A DNA stretch of 64,000 nucleotides from Rhynchobatus australiae (taxonomy: Eukaryota): contig JAUZTB010000057.1 of NCBI GenBank assembly GCA_034780895.1, forward strand, positions 29,879,313 through 29,943,312, given 5' to 3'. Positions within the stretch are counted from its first letter, which is position 1. The number at the start of each line of letters is the position of its first letter. Below the pieces are notes generated by a model. It saw nothing but the letters and a program-made list of their open reading frames with translations. It was not told the DNA's origin and searched no databases. The translations under genes and the position numbers were made by a program. This document shows positions 11,801-21,523 of this stretch, piece after piece.

Positions 11801-14800
11801 TACCCCATGTTCCTACAGCATTATCCACACCAGATGGGTTCCCATGTATAAGCTTCTCTCCCTGAAAAGCCCATTTGTTAATCAGTTCCAGTTCATCGTC
11901 ATTCCATCTGATTGTGGGTAAAAATTGAGAAAAGATAAACATGTCAATAAGATTAACAACATTTCTAATAAATAAACAACCAGATAATGATTTTATTGGG
12001 CTGGGTTTAACAGCATTTTCTTCTTCTCATCCCATGTATTTTCCATACCAATTCTGGGTGCTATGATTGGATGACATTTTCAGCATTTGCAGAATAATTC
12101 AGCAGATTCTAAATTATACCTCCTGCCATACTACCAAATTCCTGCCAGTTGCTGTATCTACCCTTTCCATTAATTAGATTCCTAGTGTAAAATGCTCATC
12201 CTCCCTGTCAGAAAACTACTAATATAAATGTGTTTAGAATCAAGATATTCACTTGGCCAATGACATTTTCTTTTGAAAATAATTAATATGTTTAATCGTT
12301 TGAATAATCTTTTCAAAACAGTGTTTTAAACCTATGGCGTTTGGCGTTGCTTACTTGGCAATGTTTTTCTCTTGCAGATCTGGACAAGTTATGGCCCCAC
12401 TGGCAGTCAGAAGAGCAGCTGCAAGACACACACAATATGCAGCACTGGATCCCAGGCCAGCTCCTATTGGAATTTCAGACCAAACTGCAATGTCCACACT
12501 TGGCAACTGACTGCAATTAAACAAAAAGAAAACAAAGTTAGTATAATAATATGAAATAGGAGAAGTAGNNNNNNNNNNNNNNNNNNNNNNNNNNNNNNNN
12601 NNNNNNNNNNNNNNNNNNNNNNNNNNNNNNNNNNNNNNNNNNNNNNNNNNNNNNNNNNNNNNNNNNNNNNNNNNNNNNNNNNNNNNNNNNNNNNNNNNNN
12701 NNNNNNNNNNNNNNNNNNNNNNNNNNNNNNNNNNNNNNNNNNNNNNNNNNNNNNNNNNNNNNNNNNNNNNNNNNNNNNNNNNNNNNNNNNNNTTGCCTAC
12801 CCCTTATCCTGAAACAGTGCACCCTGGTCCTTAACTTCTCAGTAAAAGGAAACAACTTTCCTGCATCTAGCCTGTCAAGCCCTTAAAGAATTTTGTATTT
12901 TTCGATGAGATTTCCTCTCATTCTTCTGAACTCTAGAGACATACAGTCCCACTCAGTTCATTCTCTCTTCATTAGGCAAACCCACCACACCCGGAACTAG
13001 TCTGGGGAATCTAAATTGCACTCCATCTATGGCATATGCATCCTTTCTTAAGAAAGGAGATCAGAAGCGTACGCAATAGTCCAGGTAGTCTCGCTAAGAC
13101 CCTATATAATTTCAGTAAAACATCTCCCAAAATAAAGTCTAAGGTACGATTTACCCTCTTAATCATTGCAGCACCTGCATGTTAGTTTTCAGTGACTTGT
13201 GTAGAAATGCAGCTACATTCCCTTTGAACAGCAACACTGCCCAATCCCTACTTAATAAACACTCCACTCTTCTGTTATGCACAGTAAGATGGCTAACTTC
13301 ATACTTCTTCCCATTATATTACATCTGCCATATACCCACCCACTTACTCAGCTTGTTCATAACCACTTAAGCCTTTATGTCCTCCTCCATACTCACAAAC
13401 AACATAGTTTAGAATTATTTGTACATTTGGAAATATGAAATTTGGTCTGTTTAGCTACATCATTGGTAGTGATTGTAAAAACTGGTGCTCAAGCACAGAT
13501 TCTTGTAGTACTCCATTACTCACAGCCTACCAAGCTGAGAATGATCTGTTCATTACCACTCTTTGCTTTCTGTCCAATAGCCAGTTCTCAATCCATATGC
13601 TGTAGCCTTGTAAATCAACTTCTGGTGTGGGATCTTAATGACTGCCTTCCAAAAATCCAAATACACTGGTTTCCCCTCAATCTATTCTACTAGTCACACC
13701 CTCAAAGTAATCTAGTAAATTTGTCAATCATGATCTTCACTTCATAAATTAACATTGGCTCTGCGCAGTCCTCTTATTCATTAATGTGTTCTGTTATTAC
13801 ATCCTTCATTATAGATTCAGCCCTTTTCCTATCCCATTGTTTTGGGCACACGGGTGGTCACATTTCCTATCCTCCACAGGAACAATGCCAGGGTCTATAG
13901 AGCTTTGGAAGATGATAAACACAGAGCGCCCCATTTTCTCTGTAGCCACCTCTTTCTACACTTTGGGATAAAGATTCTAGTGGCCTTGTGATTCATCAAC
14001 TTTCAAGCTTACCAGCTTCCCTAATGCTTCTTTTTTGATTAACACATCCTTCAGTTCTTCATTCTCACTAAACTTTTGACCCTCTAACACAGTAAAATGA
14101 TAATTCAGCTTGCTTGGGCCTTTAGTAGTACTGGTCTGGCAGATTTTCCAGACAATTGGATACCACTCCTATTAATACCCCAATGCACTTGTAATTCACT
14201 TTTTTTTAAGATGTTACACAGTAGCATAATGAATTTTCCAATGAACCAGAATGTTTAAAGGGAGTGCAGGAAACACAGCCCTGGTGAGTTTAAAAGGACA
14301 TCCAGAAATAAGACTCTGGTCAGTTTAAAGGAACCTCCAGAAATAAGCCCCTGGTGAATTTAAAGGGAGCTCAGGCAACATCATTCAGCGAGCTACATGA
14401 TGAAGCACTGGGATTTCTGAACAATTGGATAGTGGTTTTTTGGAGTTTATATCTGACAGGTTTTGTGTGTCTTCTTTCAAGAAGACAGATGCAAAATGAT
14501 TATTTAATCTTCCATTTCCTTATTCTCCATTAAGGATAAGGTCCTTGGGTTATGGAAGACCTGACTTATGAAAATCCAACTTTACGTAGATTCTCCCAGA
14601 CTCTGCTGTCAGGTACAATACTCAAATCTCTTCACCTGGAAACAATGCAGAGATCACCCACAGAAAAAGCCAATGCCTTCTTCAAACTCTCCTTCAGGTA
14701 AGATCAAATGTTACAAGCCTCTTGTTAGTGCACACTTTCTTCTGTTAAATTGCTGATAGTTCTCTCACTGATTAGCAGATCCATTCCCTCTGTCACTCCA

Positions 14801-17800
14801 TCTGGGCTGCATTCAGACAAACATTTATCACAGTTCACTTGCTGGTAACAATTCCCATCACTCACGCTGACCTTCCTCAGTCTACAGTTTGCAAATCAGT
14901 CCCCAAGGACTGTTGAGGCTAAAGATTTAACATTGCAATTTTGGAGGAAATTGTTTGTTTCCAACTTACAGGAAATTCAGTTTATGAACAGTTCTCAGGA
15001 AATTAACCTTTACATAACCTGTGGACCCCCTGTATGTATTCTCCTGTCTCTGTCTGCAAGGGGTCCACACTGATCCTTGGTAGTCCTTTTCTTTTTACAT
15101 ACCTTTAGGTAAATTACATTTTTCTGTTACCTACTTGTCTACTTTCATATCCTAACTTGTCTTTCTTTATCAATTTCTTAGTTCTCCTTTGTTGAATTCT
15201 ACAAAGCTCCTGATCCTCAAGCACACTGCTATTTCTGGCAACTTTATAAATCTCTTTCTTGAATTTAACACTATCTTTAATTTCACTCGCCAGCCAGGGA
15301 TGAATTGCCTTTTCTGTTGGATTTGTGTGCCTTAAGTGATTCTTTTTTCACAACTTCTGCATTATTTCTTGAAATACCAACATTGCCTGTCAACTATCAT
15401 ACCTTTCAATGCATTCTCCAAATAAACCATTGCCTACTGTCCTCTCATGCCTTCATAGTTTCATTTGTTTAGATTTAAGACCCTTCTTTTATATTGAATT
15501 ACATTACTTTCAAATTCAATGTAAAATTCTGTCATATTATGATCACTTTTCCCCAAAGGTCCCTTGCCCTCAAGATGATCAACTAACCTTTTCTCATTAC
15601 ATAAAATGAAATCCAAAATAGCCCTTTCACTAGATGGTTCCACAAAATATTAGTGTAGTAAAGCATCTTGTATATATTTAATGAATCCATCTTTCACCTT
15701 ATTGCAGCAAATTGATTTATCCAGTCCATATGTAGAATAAATTTTCCCAAGATTATTGTATTACCCCTATTATACACACTTCTAATTTCCTGACTTATGC
15801 CATGACTAATATTGCAACTACCATTTGGCATATATAAATAATTCCTACCAATACTTTCTCACTTTTGCCATTTCTTAGTTTGACCCAATGTGAATCTAGT
15901 TCTACATCATGAGCTGTGATGCCAAACTCATTTCACACTATTGCACTGATCTCTTCCCTCATTAATAATGCTATAAGACCTTCCTTTCTTCTTTTACCTG
16001 TCCTTCCTAAACATTGAATATCCTGGAATATTTAGCTCCCAGCTTTGGTCACCCTGCAGCCACATTTCATAATGGCAAATGAGATCATACCCCTTTACTG
16101 CTATCCATGCCATTAATTCATTTATCTTGTTGCAAACATTGCAAGCATTCAGACACAGCACTACAATTTTGTTCATTTAACATTTTATATCATTTAAGCA
16201 GTTTTGCCCTTTGTTGGTCACTGTCTTAGAGGCTACTGTTTATCACTTCTTTCTAGAAGTGCTATAAATGGCTCTGATATTTCCTAGAATCAAACTAAGA
16301 AAAAAAATCTGTTCCTATTCCTTTGATGGCTACATCTTCTCCTGCTACAATGTCTATATCATTTCTGCTTGTTATTCCATGACCCATTTTTCCTTCAATA
16401 CAGCTGTTTGCATCTTGCAATATTTAACTGATATTTTGAAGCCATAGTTCATTTATCCCCATAATTATTCAATATGCCGACTTATTTTTGTGAGATATTT
16501 AATCCAGTTTGAGTATGTAAGTCATTTTCATCTCTATAATGTGGCCATTGTTTTTTAAAAGAAAGAAAATATTTAGGTTATATTTATATCCACCAAAACC
16601 TCTCCTACTGTGAATGCATTTACTATTGCCTCTCTACAGGAAGCTACATTGCTGCAACCCAAGAACACCTTCAGCAGTTGCTGGATTTACCATTAATCTG
16701 TCCCCATCTTGACATGAATCAAAACTGATAACAATTATAACTGTTTCTGCCATATTGCAGTATGTTATTATGACAGAAAGTACTCAATACCTATTGCTGG
16801 TGGAGATAGCACCATATAAATAAAGGAAACAGAGGATGCTGAGGCTCATTGTGTCTGTATAGCCTTCTGAAATTCCTGCATTCTGTCTCAGTTGTTCCAC
16901 TAGTTCCTGGCTCGCAGCCTTTGGATTCTGGACATCAGCTACAAAGAAAAATAATCCACATATTTAATAGGCTACGGGAAAAAGTCTTAATGATAACATG
17001 AGCACCAGAAGCAATGGACTTCATGCTGCTCTTGTTCCTCTGCTTATGAAGAGTATATAAACTGTCAAGCAAAAGCAAAGATAAATTTGAGAAACTACAA
17101 TTCAGTTAGCATTATATACTGTATATTCTTTACTTAAATGTATTATACCATGTAGCTACATAGAAAACCTTACTTACTAATGGAAGAGTTAGAATACCAG
17201 AAACATTAGCTTCAACTACCTGAACAACCAATTTTTGCACAGGTGACTGGACTTATATTGGCAGGATGTATGGCGTTAGTTAATACAAGATGAATATTTA
17301 TGAATAATGGCATTAACTGACAAGATAGAACAACTCTGGAATTTAACAGAGCAAAAGGGTTCTTGGCTGGATGGACGAAGAGAGAATAATTCCTTTTGTG
17401 CAAATCAAGATTGCGGGGTCATTGTTTTAAAGTTTTAGGACAGATGAGATAAATTTTTGTTCTCCCAAAGGGTGAATATCTTTGGAAGTCTCTTCCTCAA
17501 AGGGCAATGGAAGCAGGCTTTTAGGATGTTTTTAAGGCGAGGATAAATAGATACTTTGCATAAGGGCTGCTAAGTTACCACAGATGGACAGACATGCAGA
17601 AGTTACAATTAGATCAGCCATGATCTTATTAAAGGCTGGAGCAGATTTCAGGGGCGGAGTGACCCACTCCCTCTTCCTTTGTATGTAAATATCAATCTCT
17701 GAACCCTACTAACAAAATTATATGTATAAAATTGTCCATTCTGCCCCACTAGGCACAGACCAACAAATATACAATCAATTAGACCCAACATACAAGCTCA

Positions 17801-19525
17801 AAGACAATTAGAGCTTAGTCAGCTAAGGAGCAGAAGATACTGCTGAACTTCCCACTGTATGTTTGACCATAATATGCCAATCCATCAGGGCATTGTATTA
17901 TTCTTCCTTCTCTGCTTCAATTACCTTGAAAGAAGACTATCCCATCATCATCTTTCTAACCACAGCACAGATGCACACCATACATCACTGAATAATGTTC
18001 CTATAACTGAATCACTCTCAGCAACAATTCTTAGATACAAGAGCATTTGATATCATAGCTGGCATCATTTTATCAATTGTTTTAAGTAAGTTTCCACACC
18101 ATGTAGAATGGACATCTAACAGTATGAATTAACTAGACATCTATTCTAGGCCAGGCATTTTTATTATCAGCGCTTAAGCTATCAGAAGAATGTCAGATTC
18201 ACCTTACAGCTTTGATATCTTTATGAGCTATACCATTCCACAAGCTTAATCCTTTTGAATTAATATTTATCTCTCCCCTCAAAGTACTTACTATGAGAGG
18301 TGCAATGTCTTTTATTCTTTAAAATTTTCTTCACCTGGTTGCTTCTTACCATCAATTGCTGTCAGCAGGAACTGCAGGTTCGTAGTTTTCCAACTAAGAT
18401 GGGTGCCAATATTTGGCAAGTATAATTGTACTTTTTGATCGGAACGTGGTTGTATCCGGAGATATGTTTTTAAGTTTAGACTGACTGCAAGAGCCACCTA
18501 CAATCACAAAAGTAAATGGTGTGAGCATCTAGGAATTATGAAGAACTAACATCTTGCAATTGTGGCTTAAGAATGTTAGTAAGGGCCAAACAGCTATGTG
18601 CTGCATTAATGGTATCAAAAAGTGCTTAGATTTTAGGCTGTTGATTGTTCTGGCACATATGATTTACTATGTGAAAGAGGCAAGAAATAGAAAATAATAA
18701 AATTGTACTCATTAAAAAGATGAATAACATAGGGAAAGTGGCTTGCTATAGGACATGTTATTTGCAAAACCACATAATCAGCCAATAAATGATAAAATAT
18801 CATCCAAAAAAAGTTAACTTTTCAGGTTAAGATGCAGATAATTTGCTTAAATTAATTCCAGGATTTTCTTAAAATTTATGGCCCTTGACTCTCACAAACT
18901 ACTATATGAAGCTCTTTTACAAATTAAGATTAGCTATCAAAGAAAGATATTGATGTACATTAGTAATTAAAGAGATGATAACAGAAATTAGCCATAAGAG
19001 GAATTACGCCACAATGGTAAATGGAGGAGAATACATGACAAGTGTCTCACAGCTGTGACCGAACTATCCTGTTCTTTCTATACTTAATCAAATACTATAT
19101 CAGAATCTGAAAACATTTGCAAAAGACACCAAACCAGTAAAGTGAAGTCAGGAGGGTTACAGGAACTAGTACCACNNNNNNNNNNNNNNNNNNNNNNNNN
19201 NNNNNNNNNNNNNNNNNNNNNNNNNNNNNNNNNNNNNNNNNNNNNNNNNNNNNNNNNNNNNNNNNNNNNNNNNNNGAGGGTTACAGGAACTAGTAACACA
19301 TGTAATGATGGCTAGATATTTACTTTTATAAGACCTTTCGCAATCATAGGATGCTCCGAAGCTCTTTACAGTCAATGAAAGACTTTTTGAAGTCTAATTA
19401 TATGGGTTGCTTCTTGGTACGTTTTTGACCTTTAAATAACAATTTACCTTTCCATGGACCACAGCATGCTCTCCATGTAAAATAACCTTCCCAGGAGCAG
19501 ATACAATAAGTGTCTTGTTTGTCAT
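2662..19525 (-). CDS. MVK: Mevalonate kinase, spliced gene span (9 coding exons; final exon outside the window to the left)
   Basis: Exons join in frame (1045 nt) with GT-AG boundaries. GHMP-kinase motifs are present: [47 protein letters not shown]. Confidence 0.97.
3710..3829 (-). CDS. MVK: MVK coding exon 8
   Basis: [26 protein letters not shown]...HYTILE, 120 nt. Confidence 0.94.
4490..4950 (-). mobile_element. CR1 LINE 3' end
   Basis: Translation [24 protein letters not shown] is typical of the CR1 ORF2 C-terminus; (CTCTATGA)n-type tail. Confidence 0.8.
5523..5613 (-). CDS. MVK: MVK coding exon 7
   Basis: [30 protein letters not shown], 91 nt. Confidence 0.95.
7100..7560 (-). mobile_element. 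Penelope-like element remnant, second copy
   Basis: Reverse-complement similarity to 940-1140 (GGAGAAACCAA...ATTGGG) plus the same terminal motif at 7110-7190. Confidence 0.6.
8490..8535 (-). CDS. MVK: MVK coding exon 6
   Basis: [15 protein letters not shown], 46 nt, phase-consistent. Confidence 0.92.
11804..11907 (-). CDS. MVK: MVK coding exon 5
   Basis: [34 protein letters not shown], 104 nt. Confidence 0.96.
12355..12510 (-). CDS. MVK: MVK coding exon 4 (ATP-binding loop)
   Basis: [33 protein letters not shown], 156 nt. Confidence 0.96.
14090..14455 (+). mobile_element. MITE, same family, inserted in a CR1
   Basis: Same left-end sequence; four 35-bp units with TTTAAA cores near 14253, 14288, 14323 and 14358. 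Confidence 0.6.
14531..15034. mobile_element. Tigger/pogo-like MITE remnant nested in CR1
   Basis: Imperfect terminal inverted repeats GGTCCTTGGGTTATG ... CATAACCTGTGGACCCCCTG followed by TA. Confidence 0.45.
16791..16938 (-). CDS. MVK: MVK coding exon 3
   Basis: [25 protein letters not shown]...[12 protein letters not shown], 148 nt, phase-consistent. Confidence 0.9.
18350..18497 (-). CDS. MVK: MVK coding exon 2
   Basis: [36 protein letters not shown]..., 148 nt, AG/GT flanked. Confidence 0.95.
19448..19525 (-). CDS. MVK: MVK coding exon 1 (exon starts at 19540 with 5'UTR)
   Basis: [26 protein letters not shown], 78 nt, donor AAG|GTAAAT. Confidence 0.95.
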
Positions 19526-19639
19526 TGTTAGAAGTTTATCCTAAAAGAAATAATTGTTATCTGCATTATATACATAAATGAGCCCTTCAATTACTTATTG
19601 ATTAAAAAAGACTGGCACAAATAGCCGCTTTCAGGACTT

Positions 19640-20020
19640 TTGGCATCAGGAAGTGCTTTCATCAATGAAGCACTTGAGTTTAATTATTACTGTACAATAT
19701 GGAGCAGCCAATTTGCATATAGCATGATGCACAAATAAAAAAATACATCAACAACGAAATTATGTTTAGGTATTATTGACTGAAGACACTGGGATTAACC
19801 CTTTGCAACTACTGATCCTCAAAATAGTATCATGGATGTTTTCCATCCATTGGAGAGTGATTTAATATCTCACCCAAATGACCCAATTTAACATCTTGTC
19901 TATCACCCAGCAGTGCTTCAGTGAAGTGTCAGTCTAGAACTTCTATGCTCAAAAACTTAGAACAAACTCACAACCTTGTAAATTTAGAGGTGAAACCTTC
20001 ATTCATCAAGTCATAGTTGA
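19640..20020 (-). mobile_element. DeuSINE-like ancient SINE remnant (related pieces near 20645-20775, 45930-46050, 50880-51170, 57280-57450)
   Basis: Recurrent motifs GCAGCCAATTTGCA, AATAGT..CATGG, GTGTCAG.CTAGA...TGCTCAA, CACAACCTT; family assigned from memory of the consensus. Confidence 0.5.
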
Positions 20021-20981
20021 CGCATTTAAGAACTACAAATTAAAAGCAGTAACAGTCAAAATGCCGGTAAAGTCCTTCAGTGAGGCTACAGGGTACTTTA
20101 TTCTAATGTTTCTAGAGCAGAAAATGTGCGGAATAAAAAGAATTTGTCAGTAAAACTCACAATCTTACGTTGTGCGTCCCTTTTGAATCAAGGCAGACTT
20201 TTTAAGCTGATGGTGCTCCCACAGTGAAGTTGGGTAAGGCACAAGAACAACTTACATATTCTAAAGACCTCGGAGCCACACATGCATGTTTGACAGCATC
20301 CGTGGAGAGAGAAGCAGTTAACCTTTCACGTCCATAACAACATTGGAATGACCAGCATGTGCAGCCTTTATTTCAGATTTCCAAACTTGCGATAATTTTG
20401 CGCAAGTGCTTTTGACGTGTAAACACAGAACTTGCTTTTCCTCCAATTGGGCTGGCCAGATCAGCAGAGTCAGAAGAGAGGCGGCAGATGCTGGAAATCT
20501 GGAGAAACGCAGACAAAATGCTGGAGGAACTCAGCAGGTCAGGCAGCATCCCTCCATAGATGCTCCGGGTCAGTAGAGTGATGTCCCCAGCTGCATTTCG
20601 AAACTTCCCAAGTTTTGTTTCAAACTAATCAACAGAAACGGGATAACTATCTCGTCCGAAAGGCAGCACCCTCCCAGGTACTGCACACAGAGTCCACTTA
20701 GCCTTCAGGGCTGCAAATCCCCAGGAGAGATCGCAGCGGGAGGGCGGGGTGGGACTTGACCACATTACCCTTGCTCCGCAAAGAAGAGCCATAGAGTCAT
20801 ACAGCCCGGAGACCGACCCTTCGGCACATCTCCTCCGTGCCGACCGAGATGTCTATCTGAGTTGGTCCCAACCGTTCTGTTCCCACAACTCTCCTTTACC
20901 CCAATCCCCTCAGGTTTGCCGATGCCATCGAGTGTTTCCGTCAAAGAAAGAAGGTTCCAGGGAACGCTGCCAGCTACTTAC

Positions 20982-21060
20982 CTCCGGGTAAGGCTCCGAA
21001 CCGACCTAACTCTTTCAGCAACACCACTCCGATCGCTCACGCCATCTTCCACAGTGGCGC
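20982..21060 (-). other. MVK: MVK non-coding exon 1 (5' end approximate)
   Basis: Consensus donor GAG|GTAAGT at 20982/20981 on the - strand inside the CpG island. The first coding exon begins with an acceptor and 15 nt of UTR, so an upstream exon is required. Confidence 0.75.
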
Positions 21061-21419
21061 CGCTCCGCCTCCCTCGACGACCCACAAAAGGGCGGGATGC
21101 ATTCCACGCAGCCAATCAAATGAAAGTGTGCTCGGCCAGACCACCAATAGAACTTTAGTTTTCTATGTCAATCAAATCATCCCGCATCTCGCGACGCACA
21201 GAAGGCGGGACCCGGTTCTTTCCTTTTAGCCAATCGATGGAGAATGCCGCAGCCGGCCAATGAACCGCTAAGGGTCTAATCAACCGTCGAACGCAAGAAC
21301 CAATCAGAAGGGCAGCTGAGCCGGTCCGATCCGACGCTGGCCAATGAGATTGCAAGCCCCGCCTCCCGGCGCGGGAACGCGAGGTGGCCTGAGTGCGCGT
21401 GCTGGAGCGAGGTGGCCGG

Positions 21420-21523
21420 ATGTACTTGGGGGGCGTTCGGTGGGTCGTCCGTCTGTGCCGGTGCCGTGGGAGGGCGGCTGGGGCATGGACCAGGCGCAGC
21501 TACTGCAACATGGACGGGGATAG
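21420..21523 (+). CDS. MMAB: MMAB exon 1 (mitochondrial transit peptide)
   Basis: [34 protein letters not shown]; first 30 residues are Arg-rich and lack acidic residues; donor AG|GTGAGG; phase matches exon 2. Confidence 0.85.

Larger units (their letters stand above)
12793..16190 (-). mobile_element. Degenerate CR1 LINE (APE endonuclease through ORF2 C-terminus)
   Basis: [10 protein letters not shown]...WL...[11 protein letters not shown] and AILDFIL...PLGKSDHN endonuclease motifs; [12 protein letters not shown]-terminal motif; many stops. Confidence 0.85.
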
